Shown one piece after another: positions 1 through 10,850 of a stretch of 64,000 nt of DNA. Within the stretch, counting starts at the first letter, position 1. Each line of letters opens with the position of its first letter. Origin of the DNA: Octopus vulgaris (taxonomy: Eukaryota); the NCBI GenBank assembly GCA_951406725.2, contig OX597814.1, forward strand, positions 211,854,001 to 211,918,000. The letters run 5' to 3'. The position numbers and the translations under genes are program-made. The notes below the pieces were generated by a model, which was not told the origin of the DNA, did no database searches, and saw only the letters and a list, made by a program, of their open reading frames with translations.

Positions 1-47
1 ATATATATTAGAAATTAAAAGGCGGCTTATTAGCAATTCGAACCAAA

Positions 48-372
48 ATGGAAAATTAATAGAGATCACAAAAGCGACGGAGAGTGCTGACTACCACATC
101 TTAAGCTAAAATAAGAGTTAAATGAACGCCAAGATCCACCAACGCATTTCAACTAATAACTGACAAAGAAGGTAATTCTATAGCGTATATAGGCGCATCG
201 CGATTATGAATTCTGGTGTAGACTATCTTACCTCTAATCAGTGGCTTACTTCCCTTTGTCAGTCAATAGGTATAGTGCCTAAGTGGCTTTGGATTTAATC
301 TAACTCTTATTTTAGCATAAGCGGTGCTAGTCAGTACACTCCGTCACTTTTGTGTCCTCCATTAATTTTCCC
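48..372. repeat. Imperfect inverted repeat (~48-130 vs ~285-372) with an inner inverted pair, between (TA)n tracts; probable non-autonomous PLE end
   Basis: GGAAAATTAAT..CACAAAAGCGACGGAG..GCTAAAATAAGAGTTA is mirrored by TAACTCTTATTTTAGC..CTCCGTCACTTTTGTG..ATTAATTTTCC; inner ACTGACAAAG / CTTTGTCAGT. Confidence 0.6.
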
Positions 373-589
373 TTTATATATATATATATATATATATATA
401 AAAAGTTGAATTAATTATCCTAGTATGGATAATTCGGTTAACCGATACCCGGGTAGCAAATTCACGTCAGAAAAACACGGTTGAAGCTACATGCCAAGGG
501 CAGAGATCACGTGCTTTCGTGTGGAAATTTGTGTGTGTTTTTTTAATACAAATAAATGAATGAATTTTGTTAAATCGTCGTTCAACTCC

Positions 590-1639
590 ATTCTTGGGTT
601 ATATAGTAAACACATATTTTAACGGTGAGAACCGAAGCAATAGAACAGAGAGGAATGAATTATTATATCAACAATTGAGGGTAAAATTAATTAGTTATTA
701 ATCAATTTCACCAAGTAGTGTTCAGTATGTAAAAGGACCATTTAAGGCGAATTCAAAATATTATATTATATAATTAGGGCTTAGTAAAGTAAATTACTTT
801 GCCACATACTGAACTTTCTAGAAATATTGCTTCGGTTCTCACCGTTAAAATATGTGTTTACTAGATAACCCACGTGGGTGGAAGGGGAGAGAGCAGGAAT
901 CTTCGCTTGCGCATTTTGAATTTGTTAGTACTGGCAGTCTGAGCGTGTTCATCTGAGGTGATACCTCGCCGAAGGGTATGTTCTTCCTTTTAGTGCTTCC
1001 AAATCCAAATTAAGAAATTTTGAGCTGACGAAAGAAATGCTGAGCTTATTTGGCTAATCTAGAAACGTTAACGTTCTCAAATGATCTTTGTACTTGTGAT
1101 ATTTTTCTGTTTTCACCTCCATACCTTCGTGAGTTATTTATGAGTAAACATTATCTGGGAGAAATTTTCTTAAAGTGGTGGAAATGGCTAAAAAACTTTT
1201 TGGCTGCTATTTCTAGAAAGTTCAGTATGTGGCAAAGTAATTTACTTTACTAAGCCCTAATTATATAATATAATATTTTGAATTCGCCTTAAATGGTCCT
1301 TTTACATACTGAACACTACTTGGTGAAATTGATTAATAACTAATTAATTTTACCCTCAATTGTTGATATATATATATATATTTCTGTTTTTACCTCCATA
1401 CCTTCGTGAGTTATTTTGAGTAAACATTATCTGAGAGAAATTATCTTTAAGTAGTGGAAATGGCTAAAAAGCTTTTTTGGCTGCTATTTCTAGAAAGTTC
1501 AGTATGTGGCAAAGTAATTTATTTTACTAAGCCCTAATTATATAATGTACTATTTTGAATTCGCCTTAAATGGTCCTTTTACATACTGAATACTTGGTGA
1601 AATTGATTAATAAGTAATTAATTTTACCCTCAATTGTTG

Positions 1640-1640
<1 letters not shown>
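590..1640 (+). mobile_element. Non-autonomous PLE-like element: inverted 5' copy (~665-825), HHR-bearing unit and tandem partial repeat (~1100-1370, ~1381-1640) ending in (TA)n
   Basis: 665-825 is the reverse complement of ~1210-1368; 1381-1640 directly repeats ~1103-1368; HHR at 1019-1081. Confidence 0.7.
1019..1081 (+). ncRNA. Type I hammerhead ribozyme motif
   Basis: TTTGAG-CTGACGA-stem II-GAAA-C GTTAAC-GTT-CTCAAA: stem I TTTGAG/CTCAAA, palindromic stem III, GUU triplet; stem II partly decayed. Confidence 0.8.
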
Positions 1641-1712
<72 letters not shown>

Positions 1713-1899
1713 CACACATAGCCCCCGCCTGCACACACATACCCTATGAATACCCACTGCCGAGAATGCAATTAACCAGAATGATGAAATGCATCTAAGA
1801 AACAAACTTAATACTGTTAATATATTTCTTTTATTTCTTCTGTATATCGCAAAATATTCATAGTGATAATTAGGATAGTAACCATACCATTTTTTGTGA

Positions 1900-2456
1900 A
1901 AGGATGTTGGATGCAGATGCTCTAGGTGGAGTTGTATACTCACCAGCTGCAGTCTTATATTTCAAAGTTCGGAAGAAGACATTAAGGTCAGAAAAGACAA
2001 GCATTGACAGCCAGTCACAAACTGAGGAAGATCTGGAAGTGAAAATTGCCAAGGAAATTCAATGCAGCTGTCGAATCAGTTTTATTATATGGCAGTGAAA
2101 CACGAACAATGACACAAAAATTATCAAACGGTCTAAATGGATGCAACACAAGGATACTACAAAATGACTGCAACATATGAAAAAATGCATGCTTTTCTGG
2201 AGACTTACCGCAGGTTTGCGACTGTATGAGTCAATGAGAGCTGCGACTACCTGGTCACTGTATATACCACACTGAGATGGAAGCAACCAAATTAGTCTTG
2301 TGGAACCCAATTTAAGGTGCTGTAGGAAAACGTCGATACACGTACATCGAAAATGTCATGGCATATATTGGTCTAGAATGTATCGAGAACCTACAAGCAA
2401 TGACGATGAATTGTGAAGTGTGGCGGGTGGACATTGTTACTTCGGCCCGGTTTGGA
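1900..2456 (+). mobile_element. Degenerate 3' end of an RTE-clade LINE (RT C-terminus), followed by (AAT)n
   Basis: Manual translation gives AVESVLLYGSETRTMT..GCNTRIL..GDLP..LRLPGHC..KLVLWNP..RYTYIE, with stops. Confidence 0.75.
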
Positions 2457-2727
<271 letters not shown>

Positions 2728-2729
2728 AA

Positions 2730-3270
2730 TGATGCAGGACTAGGCAGTGATTCTCGTGGCTTCTGATCTTAACTGATTGGAAGTGTTATCATGTACTTTG
2801 TTTTGTCTTGGTATAAAAGATGGGCTACAGCAAATATTCTGCTCAATACCACAGATTTCCTTGTCAGTTGTTTGGCCTTAACCAGTTGAGCATGTCCCTT
2901 AGTGGCTGACGATGTGTGCATCTCTGATCACGAGCAGAAGTAGTGGGGGAGCATCATAGCCATGTGTTGAGAGGGATTATTTGAGGTTTGGATAATTCGC
3001 CTCTGGACGCATGAGTGTTTCATTCAACATCTTTAAACAAACTTTATTCAGAGACCTTTTGAGCGGTGTGGGTTACTCTACCAGAAGAAAATTCTAACTG
3101 GACCCCATGTGCTGTTTATTTTGATATGAGATCACCATGTCGCTCATATATGGTTGTGATGCATGTGCCTAGTGTACCCTTATCAGACGAGTAGTCATGA
3201 TAGGTATACAGGGCTTCGTATATCTTATCCCTGTGTCATCTTGATGGCATGCGCTGCTCTCTCACTCAAT
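2730..3270. mobile_element. ~540-bp interspersed repeat flanked by (AAT)n on both sides, copy 1
   Basis: Colinear and highly similar to 17853-18395. Confidence 0.8.
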
Positions 3271-3849
3271 GATAATAATAATAATAGATTTGTAGAAGAC
3301 ACAGGAAACATCTTATATGTGCATTCTTTTAAAACCTTTTTGTAATTATTTGGAACTCTGCTTCTCAGGAAATAAGTTTTATTTCTACAAAGAGAGAAAG
3401 GAAAAGAAGCGAAAAGAATTTTTAGTAGAATTGGAATTTAGATCACGACATATGCGAAGAATTACATGGTTAATTTCAAAATAAACTTGCATAATTTTAT
3501 TGCTGCGCGTAGAAGTCTGATTGCTGGTCACATGCTCTGTCTGAAACCCACAGCTTTAAAAGATTATTCTCGAGACATTTAGCGACATAAACACAGGTAT
3601 CAATAAATATGGATACTAAAGTATTTTTATAGTCTGGCTGCAGAAGCTAAAAGTTCGATACAGTTGTCGATAAATGTTGTCGTATTGATTTTGATACAAA
3701 TCTTCATATGTCCATGAGAACAAACGAGTATAACTTTGCATACATTTCTCTTTCCCATCTCAAATAACATAAATAGAGCTTTTATGTTAATTTTGCATAT
3801 ATGCACTTATATCAATATCTATAACTGTATATCTATCAATCAAGCAATC

Positions 3850-4272
<423 letters not shown>

Positions 4273-4800
4273 TCACACACACATATATTGATATATGTGT
4301 GTGTGTACACATATATTGGTTACCAAGTTTACCAATGGTTTCAGGTAATTGAAATCTCATAACAAGTATCAAGCCTGCCATACGAGAGCATTGGTCCTAA
4401 TCTCACTATTGGATAAGATTATTCCTAGTTACACTAGGTTGAACGGGATTTGAGGATGAATAAATAAATACATAAACCATGGCAGGACACTTTTAAGAAA
4501 ATATCTCTCGTTGTCTCCTTGAAATAAACAATGGCATTTTTCAAGCGAAATGTGTTCATCATAGATTGATTTAATCCCTCATCATTTCATGTAAAAACGC
4601 GCGAGCACTTCAAAGTTTGTAACTATAAAGACGTATGTGCACATGCACATCCATAAAAAATAATGCTTACACACAAACGAACATAAGTACACACATTAAC
4701 AAATACACACAAGCAATCTCACGCACGCATATACATATATATATATAAATGAATAAATAAATAAATGGTGTTGAACGAAGGTGTTAATAAATTTCTTTTA

Positions 4801-4882
4801 CTTTCGACATATGTTTCGAAGACAACATGGTTTTATTCCAAAGGCATAAACGGTGTAAAATGCAATCGTCTCATCAGGAAAG
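4801..4882 (-). ncRNA. Type I hammerhead ribozyme, intact core
   Basis: Minus strand: CTTTC-CTGATGA-GACGA...TCTTC-GAAA-C ATAT-GTC-GAAAG. Confidence 0.85.
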
Positions 4883-5300
4883 AAAGAGAGACTCTCTCAA
4901 CAACAAACATTATAACAATTACGATGACTACCTACATGATAAACAGAACGTTATTAAGTATTTAAAAAAACGTTAGCAGAATTGACGTCAAAGGCAGATA
5001 GTAGGAAGAGAAGGGTTAAAGGAATAATAAGTAGAGAAGAAATAGAGAGGGATACGTTGATTAAAAAAATGTTCAAAGGCTTAGAAATAGACTTCTCTCA
5101 CTTATATGTGTAAATTGTATGTTTTTGTCAGTGTTTACGTTTGCACGATCGCTCTATATTTGTTCTCTACTTATTGTTCCTTTAACCCTTCACTTCCTAA
5201 TATCTAACGGTTTTTTAAAAATACTTAATAACGTTCTGTTTATCATGTAGGCAGTCATCGTAATTGTTATAATGTCTTGTTGTTGAGAGAGGCTCTCTTT

Positions 5301-5382
5301 CTTTTCTGATGAGAAGATTGCATTTTACACCGTTTATTCCTTTGGAATAAAACCATGTTGTCTTCGAAACATATGCCGAAAG
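5301..5382 (+). ncRNA. Hammerhead copy with cleavage triplet mutated (GCC)
   Basis: CTTTT-CTGATGA-GAAGA...TCTTC-GAAAC ATAT-GCC-GAAAG. Confidence 0.75.
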
Positions 5383-5663
5383 TAAAAGAAATTTATTAAC
5401 ACCTTCGTTCAACTCCGTTTATTTATTTATTCATTTATAACACAGAAATTACTGCACGTTAACCCGGAGTTTCTACCTTTGGATAGGTCGCTTTAACCGT
5501 GTTTCTGACGTGAATTTGCTACCCTGGTAACGCTTCATTGAATTTTCCTTGTTAACGGTAAACATAGGTTAATTCATTCACCCATTGAAATATATATATA
5601 CATATATATGTAAAACAAGTTTTAAAAAGCCACTATATAAAATAAATTTTAATTTTCTTACAA

Positions 5664-5711
5664 ATTTTACATGTTTCGGTTCTTCTTGAAAAAACCAACC
5701 TTATCAAAAAT
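5664..5711 (-). ncRNA. Minimal hammerhead with U3-A8 core variant
   Basis: Minus strand: ATTT-TTGATAA-GGTT...AACC-GAAA-C AT-GTA-AAAT. Confidence 0.65.
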
Positions 5712-5956
5712 ATTTTCAAAAGTTAAGTGTAATAAAAAAGTTCATTATTGTTTCTTACTAGTCTCAACAGAATACACGTGGTGGGTTTTTTGTGGAGAGT
5801 AAGCATAATAGCTGTCTTATGTGTTCGAATAGAACTAAGGTAATGATCAGTGGCTGAAATGACAGTAGCAGCAGTGACTGTGAAAACCGGTTAGAGTTAA
5901 TATTTAAAAAAAAAAAAAAAATTTCCATACACGCATTTTCATTCTGGTTTCCTTCG

Positions 5957-6029
<73 letters not shown>

Positions 6030-6428
6030 AGTATATATATGAAAACGATGACAGCTATATTTAATTCAAGAACAAACATGACACCCTTAGAATCATTAGA
6101 AATCACATTGTCTTATGCTGATAAGGGATTTACACGTTCCAGAACGTGCAAGACCTGTGTACCATTTTAGTTTGGCATGAAAATTACAATCCCATCAGTA
6201 GTCACTACTGTATCACTGCATGGTTTGGCTATATACTAACACTTAACGTATATATATAGTGTGTGTATAGTGCGTGTGTTTTTATTGGCTAAACTGGCAA
6301 AATGACCATTCCGCAAATATAACAATATCTGTTTCAACGCACGACTTCACATAAAAAATCTTGCACAACAAATATTTAAACGTATATATATAAACTTTTC
6401 TAACAAAGCTGCAATGTCATCACCATAA

Positions 6429-6818
6429 TTGTTACAGAGTTTTACGTTCCGGCTCGTCGAACAGTTTTAGTTTAGAATCAGGAATTTTCATCAGGTTTTC
6501 ATTCCGACGGACGGGAACGTGAAACTCTGAGTAACACGGTTCTCTTATGTCTTTGCAGGTTCATGAATAAAGCATATTAGTCTACCTCCCTTATTCAAGT
6601 ACTATTTTTTCCATTTTATTTCGCTTTTATGTGCTTACTGTGATATATATATATATATATATATAAATATACCGGAGTAACCACATAAATGTGAAACAAG
6701 GTGGAAAAAAGAATACTCAAATACCAGAGGTAGAGTAATATGCTTTATTTAAAAGCAGCAGAAATATAACCATAGCTGTTACTCAGACTTTCACGTTCCC
6801 GTTCGTCGGAGAGTTTTG
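6429..6818. ncRNA. Three copies of a compact HHR-like motif with CCGACGA core (6429-6468 -, 6500-6540 +, 6774-6818 -)
   Basis: Consensus by eye: ACTGT-CCGACGA-ACG GGAA CGT-GAAA-CTC T GAG-TA-ACAG; each copy carries its own lesions. Confidence 0.65.
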
Positions 6819-7025
6819 TTTAAATAGAACAGAAATAACAATATGATCAAAGTTAGTTAAATGATACACCTTTAAAAATGGATTTGTTTCATTGGTCCTC
6901 TTAAATAACGGTCTTAAGCACGCGATAAACAAAATAAACAAAATAAATGAATTCAATATAAATTATATATTATAAAAAATCGTGGAAAAAACCTTAACTC
7001 TAAGAGCGGATTCAAAATACATATT

Positions 7026-7107
<82 letters not shown>

Positions 7108-7127
7108 GTATACATATAGATATAGAT

Positions 7128-7780
7128 ATTCAATATAAAATATTGTGTACATTTAAACACAAGAGAAAACTGCCTTCAACAGGCAGCTTTTTCACGCTAG
7201 AAGAATTAATCAAAACGACCAAAGCAACTCGTTAGTGCATGACCTCTCGAATAGGGCCGACTGATGCTGCGCTCGCGCAGTGAATCTGAAAATGTATAAT
7301 GTATAACGAAGAGATACGTGTTAATTGTCTCTTAGTTATATGTTGGTGTTATGGCACGGTCACTGATGAAAAATTTCGCCTCGCAAATTATTCTATTTGC
7401 TAAAAAAATTTAGAAACCTATGTCTGACTGGAATAAAATAACAAGGTTGCTCTTAAATATGATTTTGGTCGTTTTGACTACTTCTAGCGTGTAAAAACTG
7501 CCTGTTGGAGGCAGTGTTGTATTGTGTTTAAACGTACACTATTTTATATTGAGAATGTGTTGTCTATTGACTTTCTGTTCATGCGAGGCTATTGGTGGTG
7601 ACATTTCGAAAAAAACTCACTACCCTATATATATTTTACCTATATGTTTTTAACAAATTTTAAAAGATTAATTCACCAGTCATTCATTTAAATGGCGACT
7701 GATACTGCGCTTGCGCGGTGAATTTGATAAATTATAATGTTTAGCGAAGAGACGCATGTTAATTGTCTCTTAATTATATA
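7128..7780 (+). mobile_element. Non-autonomous PLE-like element with inverted start (7128-7225 vs 7460-7550), duplicated tail (7255-7340, 7695-7780) and HHR
   Basis: Inverted and direct repeats read directly; flanked by (TA)n tracts. Confidence 0.7.
7357..7430 (+). ncRNA. Type I hammerhead ribozyme
   Basis: CGGTCA-CTGATGA-AAAATTT..GCAAAT/ATTTGC..AAATTTA-GAAA-C CTAT-GTC-TGACTG. Confidence 0.8.
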
Positions 7781-7782
7781 TA

Positions 7783-7849
<67 letters not shown>

Positions 7850-7852
<3 letters not shown>

Positions 7853-8022
7853 GCCACTACACACATTTTTTTCTCTCCTTGTTTCTTCTGTGTTCCTTTC
7901 TGTGGAAGAGCATAGGCGCGAAACGTTAGAGACGTGTTCAATTCCCGAGCGCCTTATACTGGTACATCTGCTTGTTTTCTACACCATGTGTCTTCGTCTT
8001 TTGTTTTTTCGTGAATTCTCCC
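7850..8022 (+). mobile_element. Short repeat in (TA)n with HHR-like motif (CTGTGGA core); same family as 17481-17685 and 18633-18705
   Basis: CTTT-CTGTGGA-A-GAG CATAGG CGC-GAAACGTT-AGAG; ends GTGAATTCTCCC before (TA)n. Confidence 0.65.
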
Positions 8023-8061
<39 letters not shown>

Positions 8062-8082
8062 ATATGACATATTTATATAAGT

Positions 8083-8264
8083 AGATATAGATAGATAGAT
8101 AGATAGATAGATAAACAGACAGACAGACAAAAAGACAGACAGACAAACAGACAGATAGATAGATAGATAGGCATATAGACAGACAGACAGACAGATAAAT
8201 AGATAGATAGATAGATAGATAGATAGACAGACAGATAGATAGATAGACAGATAGACAGACAGGC

Positions 8265-8344
<80 letters not shown>

Positions 8345-8345
8345 C
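8083..8345. repeat. (ATAG)n/(ACAG)n microsatellite
   Basis: Direct reading. Confidence 0.98.
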
Positions 8346-9329
8346 CGTCATGTGTATGTATGGAAATGACATGGGCACTTGATTTACTATTTTGTATTAG
8401 ATTTTATCTTTAACCCAAATTTACATGACGGTTTCCAATTCAGGAAAGTAATTTTGTACAGAGTAACAATCAGAGGCTAATGGGAAATAGATTGATAGAC
8501 TTTGGCTGATCACTTGTTTGTAGAAATCTGATGAATATGCGTTTTTTCCCTGCGCAACGTTTATCAGAACCATTCACAAATTCTATTCAAACATGGATCT
8601 GCCAGCTTTTCTTCGTCTATATATGAGAATATTATTCTTCTGAAACATAACCTACGGTCATAGGGAAGTAATATCTTGTTTAAATTATGTTATATTCGGT
8701 ATTTATGTCACTAAAATTTAAGCCTGGGCTATAATTTTGCGAAAATGATTAAGGGGTGCATTTTCTTTGCTATTTTATCAAATTTTATTGCATATTGTCT
8801 ATTTTCAGAAATGGTTATGTTTCTGAACAATAGTTTTGATTCATGTCATTAGGTCCCTAGTTCCTTTTCTCAGGGAAACCTACTCAATATTACATTTGCG
8901 AAGGGGTTTCGTGTTTGTTGTCAGCACTGTTCTCTTCTTTAGTTTTCTCGTTAACCTAATGTTAATAACTGCTGTTTTTAAAGAAACAAAGTTATTCAAA
9001 TCAGTAGCGTTTTATAATATTTTCTCGGCAGCAAATGTTATTTCATTTCTATAGTCAAGACTTCATATGATGTCACTAATTATGTAAGACCTGAAGCTGT
9101 TGTAATTACTCCGGAAATATAGCAGACCTTCAATTATGATATTATTATGTATTGTAATACTGAACAACATCCATTGTTACCTCACGTCCATAACATTGAT
9201 ATCACATAATGTCAAAGAAAGAATGTGGGTATTATGTCGCAAATGTTATAAGGTAAAAATACGTTGTTCGTTCAAATTCCGCCGAGGTTGATTTGTCTTC
9301 TGTGTTTTCAGAGTTGATTGAATAAGTTT

Positions 9330-9530
9330 TACGGACATTTGTCTTCATCTTTTTTGTTGTTAACACAACGTTTCGACTGATATACTCTCCAGCCTTCATC
9401 AGGTGTCTTGGGGAAATTTCGAACCTGAGGTATTTTTCGATGTTGTTATTAATATTATCATTATTATTATTATGGAGTCGAACTCGGAATCTTGGGGTTA
9501 GTAGTCCGCGCTCTTAACCACCACTCCGTA
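9330..9530 (-). mobile_element. tRNA-like head + (AAT)n + hammerhead module (SINE-like PLE derivative)
   Basis: Minus strand: GTGGTTAAGAGCG (A-box-like)..GAGTTCGACTCC (B-box-like), (AAT)n, then HHR; homologous to 39118-39400. Confidence 0.7.
9362..9407 (-). ncRNA. Minimal PLE-type hammerhead ribozyme
   Basis: GACAC-CTGATGA-A-GGCTG..CAGTC-GAAAC GTT-GTGTT. Confidence 0.8.
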
Positions 9531-9534
9531 CAGG

Positions 9535-9765
9535 AAATTTACAGAAAATAGACTTCATCGAATGCCAGAGGGTGGGGATGCTTAGAAGTAGTGGATAGCT
9601 TCCATTATCTAGGTGAACAAGTCAGCAGTGGAGGTGAATGCTCAGAGAACTTCAACCGTTTTGGGAAACAAAGGGCTTATCCTTCAAGGAGAAAGGTAGA
9701 ATACGTGATGCCTGTTTGCAAACAGACATGCTATACAGCAGTGAAACATGCCCTCTGCAGTAACC
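9535..9765 (+). mobile_element. RTE-clade LINE RT fragment
   Basis: LEVVDSFHYLGEQVSSGGECSE..KGRIRDACLQTDMLYSSET. Confidence 0.65.
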
Positions 9766-9770
9766 GCCCA

Positions 9771-10089
9771 TGTTTATGGTGGATCATTGTCCATTAGTAC
9801 GTTATTGTCGCAATTGTAATATTCTTGTACCACTATTATGTTGCGCCGGTATTCCGCGTCTTATCTTTGACTCGTCTATCGTGCTATCACTGATAGCTCC
9901 GCAAGACTTTGATTTTGAACCGTTTACCCTGACGGTAACTTGAACTCGTCTATAACTCGTAACTGACACTTAACTCCTAGTGAGAACTCGTCTGATTCTA
10001 TTTTAACTGACCTCCTACAACGACTGAATGGTTTTATAGTGGTATGAACGATTTTGTCATGTGGAAAGGGGAGTACCATTTTCACTAGA
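9771..10089 (-). repeat. 3' LTR (or a related solo LTR)
   Basis: Clearly homologous to 14903-15232 but visibly diverged. Confidence 0.7.
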
Positions 10090-10439
10090 ACGATTTCTTT
10101 ATTGCTCCCAGGGGAAAAACATATAGGGGGCGATACAAATGAAGGAGGCGTCGATAAAACGAATGATCTTACAAAAGTTGAATAGTTAAACATTGAAGTT
10201 AGATTTTTTATAAATCGGATGATGATAACAAACCATAACACATACAATGAAGAGAAGGACAGGTTCCGCTTCCACCTCTCAAGCCCTATGCCACCACTGT
10301 GACCTTTTGTATAAACTTATGAATATACTATACGGGTTCATTCATTCTCAGCAAACTTGCTACAGCCTTCCATCTTTTCCCATATACATCAGGTGACAAG
10401 CATTTTCTCCCATCCCTTATTTTCTTCTAAAGGTGGTGA

Positions 10440-10850
10440 ATGAGGAAATTAACAAGTCCAAGGCTGGAGATGGACCTGCACCTGCCCTTGCCAGTCTTGA
10501 AGTTCCGTTGCAGTGGCTTGGAGGATTGTTATTTTGTCCTCCAAGCTCGCAGTGAAAACACATACTAGCCAAGAATGGTCCACTTCAGGTCGTATATCTC
10601 ACACCTAAATCTTTGAAGTCCGCCTTCCAAAATATGGGGGCAGGAGCGCCACGTCTAATGTTCCGTCGACGCCTGCCTGATTTTTTCTTCGGTCTTAAAA
10701 AGCACTTCGATCGTGGCATATTTAGTTCCCCTTGTAAGGTCTGCTACGTCGTTCCACACTGGTCTCACAACCTGACTGCTTCTTTGCTGGCCATGTCCAA
10801 TTTTTTCGGTATTAACAAAAACGATTAATAGATTAGTGTACATCGAAGAG
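10440..10850 (-). mobile_element. Possible non-LTR ORF1 (Tx1/L1-like) fragment inserted between PPT and 3' LTR
   Basis: PVWNDVADLTRGTKYATIEVLF and WQGQVQVHLQ resemble LINE ORF1; weak. Confidence 0.35.

Larger units (their letters stand above)
4745..5590. mobile_element. Non-autonomous HHR element with inverted copies (~4745-5040 minus, ~5160-5440 plus) and a 3' tail to ~5590
   Basis: Mirror ORFs 4765-4965(+) and 5215-5412(-) are near-identical; the tail resembles the reverse complement of ~420-530. Confidence 0.75.

Noticed and set aside
6112-6160. CTGATAA-GGGA..TTCC-AGAAC HHR-like motif
   Set aside because: Several core mismatches and no clear stem I
9474-9530. Functional tRNA gene
   Set aside because: No acceptor stem or terminator; part of a repeat module
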